64,000 nucleotides of DNA. It comes from Armatimonadota bacterium (GTDB lineage: Bacteria > Armatimonadota > SYMT01). The DNA lies in assembly GCA_041690135.1 (NCBI GenBank), contig JAWLHY010000003.1, positions 576,001-640,000 on the forward strand, written 5' to 3'. This document shows, in pieces, positions 20,433 to 29,333 of the stretch (position 1 is the stretch's first letter; every line of letters starts with the position of its first letter). The notes beneath the pieces were generated by a model. The model made no database searches and was not told where the DNA came from. It worked only from the letters and a program-made list of their open reading frames with translations. Position numbers and translations under genes: made by a program.

Positions 20433-21320
20433 TTAAAAGAACGTCTCGAACGCAAACCGCAGCTCGTAGGGGTAGTCGCTGTGGTCCTGGGCGCCGCTGC
20501 GGGCGACCGGGACGAACACCCCGAACCGGAGCTGGTGATTGCCCTGGATGAACATCTGCGTGACGTGGAACCCGAACAGCCGGTGCCCGTTGTTCGCGTC
20601 GCGCCCGCTGCCCAGCGGGTCGTCCGCGTGGAACTCCCCGTGGATGCCGAAGGCGGTGTTCAGTCCCAGATCGGATGCCTCCACCTGCGGCTTGAACCAC
20701 CGCCCGTAAGCCGCGTCGAACATCAACATATCGCCCATGCGGAAGCCGCCCCCCACGTCGCGGTTCCAGACCACGCTGGCCCAGGTGGTGTCGTCCAGCC
20801 GCTCCAGGTCCCAGGCATACCCCAGCATGATCCCGGGATTGCCCGTCCCGGTCTGCGAGTGCGGGTCGAGGCGCTCCCCGGCGAGGCGGTGGCCGTCGTC
20901 GCCGGTGGGAAGCTTGATCCCATAGAAGATCGACTGCTGCTGATTGACGCCGATCTCCTGCCGCGCGGCGATCCGAGTCTTGGCGCGCAGGCTGAGGTCA
21001 CCCACCCCGGAAACCGTGGTGGAGCGCACCCCGCCTCCCGCCCGCCGCTCGTGGAGCGCGTTGTAGTAGGGGATCATCAGGCGGACGTTCAGCTTCGGAC
21101 TGAAGCCGTAGTCCACCATATACTCCTGCTCGAACATCCGCATCCGCTCGCCGCCCCGGCGGACAGTACCCGCGTCGAAGTATTTGAACTTCACTTCCGG
21201 GTGAATGACGCCAAACCCGAAGGTGATCGGCGTCTCCCCCCAGAGCGGCTCATGCGCCCGGGCCGGGGTAGCCCCAAGCAGCAGCGCCGCCAGGAGGCCG
21301 ATGCGTAGCATGCAATTCAT
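20433..21320 (-). CDS. Putative outer-membrane beta-barrel transporter
   Basis: Signal peptide with mature N-terminal His (A-HEP), SGVGDLSLR, GIKLPTG, QTGTG, C-terminal Phe. Confidence 0.75.
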   Translation of the reverse strand: MNCMLRIGLLAALLLGATPARAHEPLWGETPITFGFGVIHPEVKFKYFDAGTVRRGGERMRMFEQEYMVDYGFSPKLNVRLMIPYYNALHERRAGGGVRSTTVSGVGDLSLRAKTRIAARQEIGVNQQQSIFYGIKLPTGDDGHRLAGERLDPHSQTGTGNPGIMLGYAWDLERLDDTTWASVVWNRDVGGGFRMGDMLMFDAAYGRWFKPQVEASDLGLNTAFGIHGEFHADDPLGSGRDANNGHRLFGFHVTQMFIQGNHQLRFGVFVPVARSGAQDHSDYPYELRFAFETFF

Positions 21321-21332
21321 CGGATCGCCTCC

Positions 21333-21884
21333 TTATCGCTTCGGCCTCTTGTCTTCGGCGCCGTAGATCGCGGTGACCGCCAGGGAGCCCTTGCTGTCCG
21401 GACCCTGCGGATCGGGTTTCCAGAGCCCTTCCACCTCGACCTGGTCACCTACATGCCGGTTCAGCTGCACAGCAGTGTCCGGGTCCTCTTTCGCAGCCAC
21501 CACAGAGAGCGAGGTGGGGGATTTCATGCCGTCCAATTCGAGGAGCAATGTGTCTCCCCGTTTTACGACGGTGCCGGAGACGACCAACTCCACCTGGTCC
21601 TCGATCGGCTTGTAGCCGGCCTCCCGGATCTTCTCGAGCATCTTCGGGATCTCGGGCCAGGCACCGGGCTTCACCTTTACCTCCATGTGCGGAGGTCGAA
21701 GAATCAACTTGGATTGAGCAACGCCATCCAGGCGCTGCAGCCCCTTACGGAGCGTAATGCCTCAGGTCGCTCACGTGGCCCCTTTGATACCCAGCTTGAC
21801 GAGCTTGACATCGGCCAGGCCCGGAGAGGCGAGCAAGGAAGTAAGGGCGACGGAAGCCCCGAAGAAGAGAACCTTTCTAAACAT
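21333..21884 (-). CDS. Secreted HMA (MerP/CopZ-like) protein with C-terminal OB-like domain, predicted selenoprotein with UxxU (U38, U41), 183 aa
   Basis: Signal peptide, VKLGIKGAT-TGA(21773)-AT-TGA(21764)-GITLRKGLQRLDGV...IREAGY. This matches the HMA pattern GMTCxxC...L..L.GV...I..AGY. Confidence 0.85.
21720..21753 (-). promoter_or_regulatory. Two tandem candidate SECIS hairpins (HMA-UxxU gene)
   Basis: GCUCC-GUAA-GGGGC (loop 22 nt after UGA1) and AGCGCC-UGGAU-GGCGUU (loop 31 nt after UGA2). Confidence 0.5.
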
Positions 21885-21967
21885 GCGCAGTCGATCCAAT
21901 CCAGTTCCCGCGCCGGGAACAGTCACGCCGATCCATGCGGATGGCATAGGGAGTGGGGATGAAATGG

Positions 21968-22097
21968 ATGTTGTTGGAAAACCCACGGATGTCATGGGCC
22001 ACAGGACCGTAGGGAATGTGACGCCGTTCCATTCCGCTGGTCCGGCACTTGATCCCGTGGCGCCAAGAGTGCGCAGTCCGGGTTTCCCAACAGCAAC
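21968..22097 (-). ncRNA. Candidate structured 5' leader RNA
   Basis: Long closing stem UGCUGUUGGGAAACCC/GGGUUUUCCAACAACA enclosing GCACU/AGUGC and GGACC/GGUCC plus GGAAUG/CAUUCC stems. Confidence 0.4.
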
Positions 22098-22189
22098 CGT
22101 AAAGATCCCCTCCGGCAATCCTGACCCGCATCCCGGTGAGATTCCGGGGCGAAGGGCGGAGCACGCCGGAGTTTGGAGCAGTGGAGGGA

Positions 22190-22678
22190 CTACGCAGTGG
22201 GCGGGGCTCGTGATGGCCCCAAAGAGAGGAGCGGAGGCGGGCTATGCCCCAGCGGATCAGCGGGGCGGGTACCGAACGTCGCCGTCAGCAGAGGGGGCGA
22301 CAGGTGAGCCGGCGGCAACAAACCGTCGGGAGCCGACTCGGGGTGTGAGGTCGTGGAGGTTCGCAGCGAGGGCGCGGCCGGCCGGGAAGAGACGATGAAC
22401 CGGCAGTGATCGCCGGTAGAAATCTGGGCTCCCGGACCCGGAGGCGCAGCCGCCAGCCCGGGATACCGGCCATGTCCGCAGCGAAGTTGCACCGGTGAGA
22501 CGCAGCAGGAAGCAGCTTCTACCCCGGCGGTACGGTCGTCCTTCGCGCAGTGGTACCCCCGGCTGTCGGCCACGCAGGGAGTGCCGTCCGGGCAGGACCA
22601 GTACGCGGCAAAGGGTGCGACCGGTCCCAGGACCAGCGTCAGGATCAGCAGTATCGCCAGGAGCAGCCGTCTCATCAT
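22190..22678 (-). CDS. Cys-rich exported leader protein with C-terminal RAPP (DUF2946/arrest-peptide-like)
   Basis: Signal peptide, WSCPDGTPC...HC...SCC...C..HC, ends PSRAPPTA. Confidence 0.75.
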   Translation of the reverse strand: MMRRLLLAILLILTLVLGPVAPFAAYWSCPDGTPCVADSRGYHCAKDDRTAGVEAASCCVSPVQLRCGHGRYPGLAAAPPGPGAQISTGDHCRFIVSSRPAAPSLRTSTTSHPESAPDGLLPPAHLSPPLLTATFGTRPADPLGHSPPPLLSLGPSRAPPTA

Positions 22679-22883
22679 GGGTAAGCGAGACCGGAAAGGA
22701 TCCGTCTCTGCTTAACCATACGGCACCCTCGGTCCCGGCGTCATCGCGAACGTGACAGTCGCGGGCACCTCTTTCCGTCCTAACTCCGCTGAAGGCCTCG
22801 AGCGAGTTCGGACGATCCGCATCCTGGGAAATACGACTTTGAAGCGACTCGAACTGAGCTGCGGGAGTGGACTGGAGGTAGGG

Positions 22884-23585
22884 ATGGAACGGGCGCAATT
22901 CTGGAAGGGGCTCGCGATCGGGATCGCGGCCACCCTGCTGGCGGCCGTTCTGATCATGCTAGTTTCGCTAACGGTGATGAGCGCGAACCAGGATGCAGGT
23001 GGTATCCCTCCGATGAACGGCGCCCGGCATGAGGATCCTCCCACGCGCCGCGAGACGAATGGCGGGATGATGGACCCGGACGGCATGATGGGCGGCGGCA
23101 GGATGATGGACGGCATGCCGCCCTGGATGATGAGCCGGCCGGATACCGGCGCGGCGGGTGGCGGCCCGGAGATGATGCGGGACATGCGGACCATCCGCCA
23201 ACTTCTGACCCAGCATGAGAAGATCGAGCGTTACCTGTGGGAGATCCCCGGCGGGGTCCGCGCCGTGACGACCAGCGAAGATCCGCAGGTGGCCCAGGCG
23301 ATCCGCACGCATGTCCGCCAGATGAAGGAGCGGCTCGAGCAGGGGCAGCCGATCCGGATGATGGACCCCCTCTTCCGCGAGCTCTTCCGGCATCACGAGA
23401 AGATCAACATACAGGTCGAAGAGGTGCCGGGCGGCGTACGCGTGACGGAAACCTCGCAGGACCCACAGGTGACGGCGCTTATCCGCCAGCATGCAAACCG
23501 GGCCGTCTCCGAGTTCGTGGAGCGGGGCATGCCGCGGGCCATGGAGCCGACGCCGCTGCCGCCTGGCTATGAGACCGGCCGGTGA
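22884..23585 (+). CDS. Membrane-anchored Met-rich hypothetical protein
   Basis: One TM segment, GGMMDPDGMMGGGRMMDGM, two internal repeats (HEKI....IPGGVR..TSEDP.V...IR.H). Confidence 0.75.
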   Translation: MERAQFWKGLAIGIAATLLAAVLIMLVSLTVMSANQDAGGIPPMNGARHEDPPTRRETNGGMMDPDGMMGGGRMMDGMPPWMMSRPDTGAAGGGPEMMRDMRTIRQLLTQHEKIERYLWEIPGGVRAVTTSEDPQVAQAIRTHVRQMKERLEQGQPIRMMDPLFRELFRHHEKINIQVEEVPGGVRVTETSQDPQVTALIRQHANRAVSEFVERGMPRAMEPTPLPPGYETGR

Positions 23586-23617
23586 GCGGCCGGTGTGCAC
23601 CCCCACTCCAGTCAGGC

Positions 23618-24700
23618 TCAGAACTGCGAGAAGAGCAGTCCGCCCGCCAGCCCCAACACCAGGACGAACAGGCCCAGGCAGGCCGCCGCGCGATAGGAGC
23701 CCAGCACCTTCCCCAGCATCCAGAGGGAGGGGAAGCTGACCGAGGGCAGCACCACCAGCAGCGCCACGGCCGGGCCTTCGCCCATTCCGGCCCGGGTAAA
23801 CTCCGAGACCCAGAGGACTTCCGTGAAGGTCGGGACCATCAGCAGGGTCCCGAGCAGGGAGGCCGCCGCGGTGGGCAGCAGCCCGTTGCCGAAGCTCCGC
23901 GCCACCGCTTCCACCGGCAGCGCGGTCTTGAGCAGCCCGATCAGGAGAAAGCCGAGCAGCAGCATCGGCAGGACCATCCGGGCGATGGCGGCGGTCTGGG
24001 CCAGCCAGCGAGCGAGCATCTCGCCGACGGAGGTATCCGGCGGCGGACCTACCGGACAGACTTCCTCTTCCTGCTTGCCCGGTATCAACCGGCTCGCCAG
24101 GTACGTGGCGCCCAGGGCAGCGGCCACTCCCAGAACCAGCCGGGCCACGGCCAGCTTTACCGGCAGCAACTCGAAGGCGAGGATGAGGGTGACGGTGTTC
24201 AGCGCCGGCGCGGTGACGAAGTAAGCCATGGCCGCACCCCGTCCGGCGCCGGAGGCCCGCAGCCCCGCGGTAGCTCCCACCGCGCAGCAGGAGCAGAACA
24301 TACTCGGGAGCCCCATGATTAGGCCCGCAAACTGCTGCCGGAACCCGTTTCCGCCCAGATGTCGCCGGATCAACTCCGGCAGAAAGGCCTGGACCGCGCC
24401 GCCGATGAAGAGGCCGAGCAGGGTCGCCGACCAGACCGCATTCACATAATCGACGGTGTAGAGGAACGGCAAGGCCCACTGCGGTGCGTGCTGAAGATCC
24501 AGCGAGAGCGGAAACTTCGTGCCCAGGGGAGTGACGTTGACGATCCCCAGCTTGTTCAGCAGTGAGAGGATGCGGTACTGGAACACCAGCCCGAACAACA
24601 CCGCGAAGACGCCGAACACGACCCCATTGCGCTGGCGACGACTGAGAGGGGTGGGCCGGACGCTCTCCGGCTCTGGCATGGGGGCTGCAAGCGTGGACAT
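23618..24700 (-). CDS. Predicted permease (DUF318/ArsP_1 family)
   Basis: Multi-TM; PSMFCSCC, YFVTAPALN, LPSVSFPSL. Confidence 0.8.
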   Translation of the reverse strand: MSTLAAPMPEPESVRPTPLSRRQRNGVVFGVFAVLFGLVFQYRILSLLNKLGIVNVTPLGTKFPLSLDLQHAPQWALPFLYTVDYVNAVWSATLLGLFIGGAVQAFLPELIRRHLGGNGFRQQFAGLIMGLPSMFCSCCAVGATAGLRASGAGRGAAMAYFVTAPALNTVTLILAFELLPVKLAVARLVLGVAAALGATYLASRLIPGKQEEEVCPVGPPPDTSVGEMLARWLAQTAAIARMVLPMLLLGFLLIGLLKTALPVEAVARSFGNGLLPTAAASLLGTLLMVPTFTEVLWVSEFTRAGMGEGPAVALLVVLPSVSFPSLWMLGKVLGSYRAAACLGLFVLVLGLAGGLLFSQF

Positions 24701-25123
24701 CCCGGAGTGGACCCTCTGGAACCTCCCGGCTATTTCAGTAAACCGCGCGGGAGGTGGTGAGTGAAGCGACGGCCTGGGCCACTCGGCACCCGGCCGGACT
24801 GTCGCGACGACTATTCACTTCACCATACCGGCCCGACCCCAATCCTTCCAATCAAAATCCTCGATGGGGAGGGAGATGAGCTATCGAGGGTCGCTATTCA
24901 GGTGCTCTTCGATAAGGATTAACTGTGCTTGGCACGCAGATCTCGGATCCCCCAAGCGGCCCGGTCTGGGCGCGGCTAGGTGGAGCGAACACCGTCCTGC
25001 CCTTGAGCGTGGAATCGCCGCATGCCGCGGCGTTTTGCGATCCTGGACCCGGTGCCTGATGTGGCTATCGGAGGTCGTCCCAGGATGCGGAAGCCGGGTC
25101 TGATGTCACCCAACTTGCACGAC

Positions 25124-25840
25124 CTAACCGGCCTGGGCCCGCCGGTTCACCTCGTTCCAGTCGATATGGTCGAGGAACTTGCCGACGTAATCGCCCTTGC
25201 GGTTCTGGTAGTCCACGTAGAACGCGTGCTCGTACACGTCGCACACCAGCAAAGGCTGCCCGAACCAGAGCACACCGACCTCGTGGAGATCGCTGGCCAC
25301 GTTATAGAGCTGACCGTTTACGGCGTCGCGCGCCAGGATGCCCCAGCCGTTCGCCGCTATGCAGGTGGCCCGGAAATCATCCATCCATCGCTCCACTGAG
25401 CCGAACCGCTTCGTCAGGGCCATGCGAATATCTTCCTGAGGTCCTGCCTTTTGCGCCGTCATGTTCTCGAAGTAAAGCTCGTGGAGCACGACGCTGTTCG
25501 CCCGATTCACGCGGTCCTTCACCAGCAGGCTGTGGGCCGGCGACGAAAGCGGCTGATTTCCCTCCAGCATCTGGCCGAGCTGCTGCTCGTCACTCAGGAA
25601 TGCCTTGAGTGCGCCCCCGTAGTGGGCCGTGTGGTGCGGCGCGAGCTGAGCGCGCGAGAGGAACCCCGGCAGCTCGGCATAGGGCAGGGGCTTCGGCTTC
25701 GCGGTCACCAACCCCGAATTGGCGGGAAACGCTTTTCCCTCCGCCGCCTCCGCGGGCGCTACCTCGGCGACCATGATGCCGGCGGCGCAGCCGGCAAATC
25801 CACGCAGCACCTCACGGCGAACGATCCTGGGAGTATTCAT
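25124..25840 (-). CDS. Fe/Mn superoxide dismutase family (ChrC-like), Tat-like signal
   Basis: RREVL leader; HHTAHY, NSVVLHELYF, DVYEHAFYVDY. Confidence 0.85.
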   Translation of the reverse strand: MNTPRIVRREVLRGFAGCAAGIMVAEVAPAEAAEGKAFPANSGLVTAKPKPLPYAELPGFLSRAQLAPHHTAHYGGALKAFLSDEQQLGQMLEGNQPLSSPAHSLLVKDRVNRANSVVLHELYFENMTAQKAGPQEDIRMALTKRFGSVERWMDDFRATCIAANGWGILARDAVNGQLYNVASDLHEVGVLWFGQPLLVCDVYEHAFYVDYQNRKGDYVGKFLDHIDWNEVNRRAQAG

Positions 25841-26034
25841 TGCAGCTTCCTTACAGGGCAGAGCATTGACCTACGGCGATTATATACCTCAACAGGCTGT
25901 ACGATCTGCAGCGCTGGCCGGGATCCGGCATACCTAAGCGGAGGAACCTTCCGTAGAAGGGACCAAGATCGAACCGGCCGGGGCTCACGTCGTGCAAGCA
26001 TCTGGAATCCCTGATTCCGTCGCGATTCGAAGTG

Positions 26035-26754
26035 ATGGTTGAGATGAATAACAGTGAACCGTTGCACCCTTCAGCGGCTCAGGTGGCTCGCAGGGCCCTG
26101 GTGCTCGCAGCAGTCACCTGCCGTGGTTCGATCGACCGTGCCTCCGGCGTGCCGGAAGCCGAGGCCCTTTACGTCAGTATACTGGAATGGCTTACGAGCA
26201 CCCGATTGTGGGCTGACGTGCAGCCTGATGAGAAAAGCCTCCTGGAAACACCCTTGGGGAGCTTGCCCGAGCGGGACGTGATCCGAGCCACCTGGCGGGT
26301 CGAAGGCATGGCGGTTCTGGCGTGGGCATTGAAGCTGCTGGATCCCCCGAGGCATGACGCGAAGGTCGATCCTTATGCCGTTGCGGAGGCCGTTGGCTTC
26401 TTGAGCGATGAAGTCCCAAATCTGATTAGCGCGGCAGAGCTCCAGCCATACGAGCATCTTGTGAGTTATCGGGAACTTCTGTACGCGGTCCACTCCCGGC
26501 TGCGGGCGTATCTCCGCCACCCCGCTTCCAAGGATTTCCGCGGTTGGATCGAAGAGGATTGGCTGGATTTGCTCCGGGTGAACACTTGCGAGCTTCTGGC
26601 GGGAGATGATCTCGGCATCGACGGGGTTCCCGTGGCGGAGGCTGACCTGGAGCGCATTCGCGAAGTGGAGTGGGTGACGACGGAACGGCATCGCGCCGTC
26701 CTCTGGCTCCTAGGGGATGCGGCTTCTTACTCCGAGGTGCACGTCGACACGTGA
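26035..26754 (+). CDS. DUF4272-like protein
   Basis: ARRALVL, WRVEGMAVLAWAL, ERHRAVLWL, ends VDT; lower GC than neighbours. Confidence 0.7.
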   Translation: MVEMNNSEPLHPSAAQVARRALVLAAVTCRGSIDRASGVPEAEALYVSILEWLTSTRLWADVQPDEKSLLETPLGSLPERDVIRATWRVEGMAVLAWALKLLDPPRHDAKVDPYAVAEAVGFLSDEVPNLISAAELQPYEHLVSYRELLYAVHSRLRAYLRHPASKDFRGWIEEDWLDLLRVNTCELLAGDDLGIDGVPVAEADLERIREVEWVTTERHRAVLWLLGDAASYSEVHVDT

Positions 26755-26809
26755 GAAGCCGGCGTGCCACCGCGCGGGATGCGCAGAGAATGGGAGTAGG
26801 GTAAGGGGA

Positions 26810-27049
26810 TCAACCCGGCATCCGAAGCCGCGCCTCCTCGCCCATTTCGAAGGCGTGGCACTCGCGCAGCCTGGACAGCGCGCTCTGCAAATCTGTGAAG
26901 TCCACCGCCGCGGAGAACCGCTGGGCCCGGTCGAGCATCCGCAGCAGTGGTTGAGGATTTCGCTCACGCGAAAGCGCCCGGAGAGCGATGAGGTAGTCCT
27001 CACGATACGCAGTGGGGATGAGAACTCGCCGTTCGCCACCGGCAATCAA
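26810..27049 (-). pseudogene. C-terminal remnant of a Fic-family protein
   Basis: IPTAYREDYLIALRALSR...RMLDRAQRF resembles the post-Fic C-terminus; the Fic core and a plausible start are absent. Confidence 0.5.
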
Positions 27050-27249
27050 CTCTGCCTTCGCCCTGTCTTGCGGCTCGGGAGACGAGCGTCGTGAGCTCGG
27101 ATGAACTCACAAACACTTCCGGGAGATGGCGCAGCCGATTTTGTGCCGTATAAGTGCGCGGAATCGCCTGCGACGCCGGAAACGTGCAACCTAACTCGCT
27201 GGTATGCCAGAATCATACAACGTAAACATGGGTGCTGCGAGAGTGCTCT

Positions 27250-27421
27250 GTCCATCCGCCGCTTCGTTGTCCACGGCTTGGACGAGGGCGCGCATGTCGG
27301 CGATGGAATAAGCCAGGCCGGGGCCGGGACCGCCGACCATCTGCGGGATGTGGTCCCAGATGACGCAGCCGTGGTAGTCCAAGGCTCGCAACGCCTGCAT
27401 CACGCGGTGCATTTCCTGGTA
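27250..27421 (-). repeat. Diverged duplicate of the 3' end of the mannonate dehydratase gene (copy of 27853-28024)
   Basis: 172-bp direct repeat at 603-bp offset encoding YQEMHRVMQ...DHIPQMVGGPGPGLAYSIA. Confidence 0.9.
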
Positions 27422-27453
27422 TGCGAAGCAGGTCACTTACGGTGGGATGCGCG

Positions 27454-27828
27454 TCACCAACCGCACTCGGGATACTCCGACTTGATTCGCTCCACCTCTC
27501 CCCGTGCAAGCCATTTCCACAGTTGGAGCAAAGTCCGGCGATCAACGTCGACAACCAGCGAGGCTAACAGTTCTTCGTAATCCTGATCCGCATACTTCTC
27601 GAGAGTGGCCGTCTCATCCCGGCTCCCCGTGATGATGTACATCGGACCTTCATCGAAACCGTAGCGGAGCCAGGCGTCTGGATGTTCTTCGTAGTCTCCT
27701 TCTTCCATGCCTTCGAGGTCTTCGTCGAACAACTCGTCAACGGCTCGTGATAAGTCGGCATCCGAGGGGTCGGCTGTGTCGCCCCCATACCTCTCCGCGA
27801 GAATGACCCAACCCTTTTGATCACCCAA
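27454..27828 (-). CDS. Small acidic hypothetical protein (immunity-protein-like)
   Basis: AAAGGAG RBS then TTG; D.EHPDAWL motif, LLQLWKWLARGE, terminal Trp. Confidence 0.6.
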   Translation of the reverse strand: MGDQKGWVILAERYGGDTADPSDADLSRAVDELFDEDLEGMEEGDYEEHPDAWLRYGFDEGPMYIITGSRDETATLEKYADQDYEELLASLVVDVDRRTLLQLWKWLARGEVERIKSEYPECGW

Positions 27829-28909
27829 GGCAGCTCCTTTCAGGGCGGAAGTGCCCATCGGCAGCCTCGTTGTTCACGGCCTGGACCAGGGCGCGCATGT
27901 AGGCGATGGAATACGCCAGGCCGGGGCCGGGACCGCCGACCATCTGCGGGATGTGGTCCGGGATGATGCAGCCGTCGTACTCCACGGCCCGCAGCACCTG
28001 CATCACCCGATGCATATCCTGGTAGCCGTCGTCGATGAAGGTCTCCTGCCACGGCTCCGGCATGGGGTTGCTGACGTTGCGGAAGTGGACCTTGAACAGC
28101 TTGCCGCGCTCCCCGAAGTAGCGGACCGCCTCGACCACGTCGCAGCCCATGCCGATCTTGCCGCCTTCGAGCCAGCAGCCGACGCAGAGGCAGACGCCGA
28201 AGTTGGGGCTGTCCGCGATCTCCAGCGCGCGCCGGTAGCCGTCGAAGTTGCCGAAGATGCAGCGCGGCACGCCGCCCAGGGCGTAGACCGGCGGGTCATC
28301 CGGGTGGAAGCCGATGTAGACGCCCTCTTCCTCGGCCACGTGCATCACCTTCCGGATGAAGTAGGCGTAGTTGTCCCACAACTCGTCTTCGCTGTACTCC
28401 CGGCCATGGGTGAGCTCCCCTTCGTAGACCTTGCCGTTCCAGTGGCCCTTCGCCTGGGAGATGTCCAATTGCCGGGCGCGGACCCCGCCCCGGCCCGCGG
28501 TGTGGCTGGTGGTCCAGATCCCGTTCCCCATGTGGGCATAGGTGTGGTAGTGGACTCCCGCGGCGCCGAGCATCCGCAGGAAGTTGCAGAAGTCCTCGAT
28601 CTTCTCGTCGCGGCCCGACAGGTTCAGGGTGATCTGCTCCACGTTGTGCACGTCGTGCCGGGCGATGCGGTAGATCTGCATTCCGTAATCCGCCAGCCGC
28701 CGGGCGAACTCCCGGTAGCGTTCCACCGTGTGGTCGGCGGGGTTCGCCACGTTGAGCATCGCCCACTCGACCCCAAGCTGCTGCAGCAGGAGCAGCTCGT
28801 CGTCAGTCGCGTCGGAGGAGACGTAGGTCCCGATCTGGATGCCGGGCCGGGAGCCGAAGTACCCGGGCACCGCGCGCAGGGGATAGGAACCTGTTTGTGT
28901 GTCAGTCAT
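27821..28909 (-). CDS. Mannonate dehydratase (UxuA)-like protein
   Basis: LWDNYAYFI, FHPDDPP, VHFRNV, ETFIDDG, IPDHIP. Confidence 0.85.
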   Translation of the reverse strand: MTDTQTGSYPLRAVPGYFGSRPGIQIGTYVSSDATDDELLLLQQLGVEWAMLNVANPADHTVERYREFARRLADYGMQIYRIARHDVHNVEQITLNLSGRDEKIEDFCNFLRMLGAAGVHYHTYAHMGNGIWTTSHTAGRGGVRARQLDISQAKGHWNGKVYEGELTHGREYSEDELWDNYAYFIRKVMHVAEEEGVYIGFHPDDPPVYALGGVPRCIFGNFDGYRRALEIADSPNFGVCLCVGCWLEGGKIGMGCDVVEAVRYFGERGKLFKVHFRNVSNPMPEPWQETFIDDGYQDMHRVMQVLRAVEYDGCIIPDHIPQMVGGPGPGLAYSIAYMRALVQAVNNEAADGHFRPERSCLG

Positions 28910-29142
28910 CGTTGAAGATCCGGGAGTAGCTAAAGGGTAGGGGAAATAACTCGCCAATTTGATCCGGTCTTGTGGTGCACCAACCCCTTAGGGGTTTCAC
29001 ATCGCAGTAGCCGCGGAATTCCATTCCGTGGCGGGCACCGGTGAAGCGCGTCCGTCTCGGCCTCCAGAACTGCTCAGATGCTCCCGCGTGACCTTTGTGA
29101 AACGATAGGAACAAGGGTCCAGATGCCAGTAGTTTCTCCGAG

Positions 29143-29286
29143 GGCGGGCAAGGCGCCCGCCCCATTCGGCTTTTGCACCTTTACTGATCGCAGTCTCCGG
29201 CGGGCGGGACGCCCGCCCCACTCTGGTGATCGTGATCGTGATCGTGATCGTGATCGTGATCGAACTCTGGCGGGCGGGACGCCCGC
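29143..29286. repeat. REP-like GGCGGGCGGGACGCCCGC units flanking a (GTGATC)6 microsatellite
   Basis: Units at about 29143, 29199 and 29269; hexamer array at 29226-29261. Confidence 0.8.
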
Positions 29287-29333
29287 GCTCCTTCTATTCG
29301 CCTCATTCGCGCTATTCGCGGATCACTCTTCCC

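Noticed and set aside
17409-21884. Pseudogene interpretation of the split rhodanese, YHS and HMA genes
   Set aside because: All interruptions are TGA, with no frameshifts or TAA/TAG; two are paired as xx-spaced motifs, and hairpins follow. Not fully excluded without seeing the sel genes.
18774-23585. Sec read-through at the TGA stops of the LysR (18776) and Met-rich (23585) genes
   Set aside because: Both proteins appear complete at the stop, and the downstream frames show no domain continuation.
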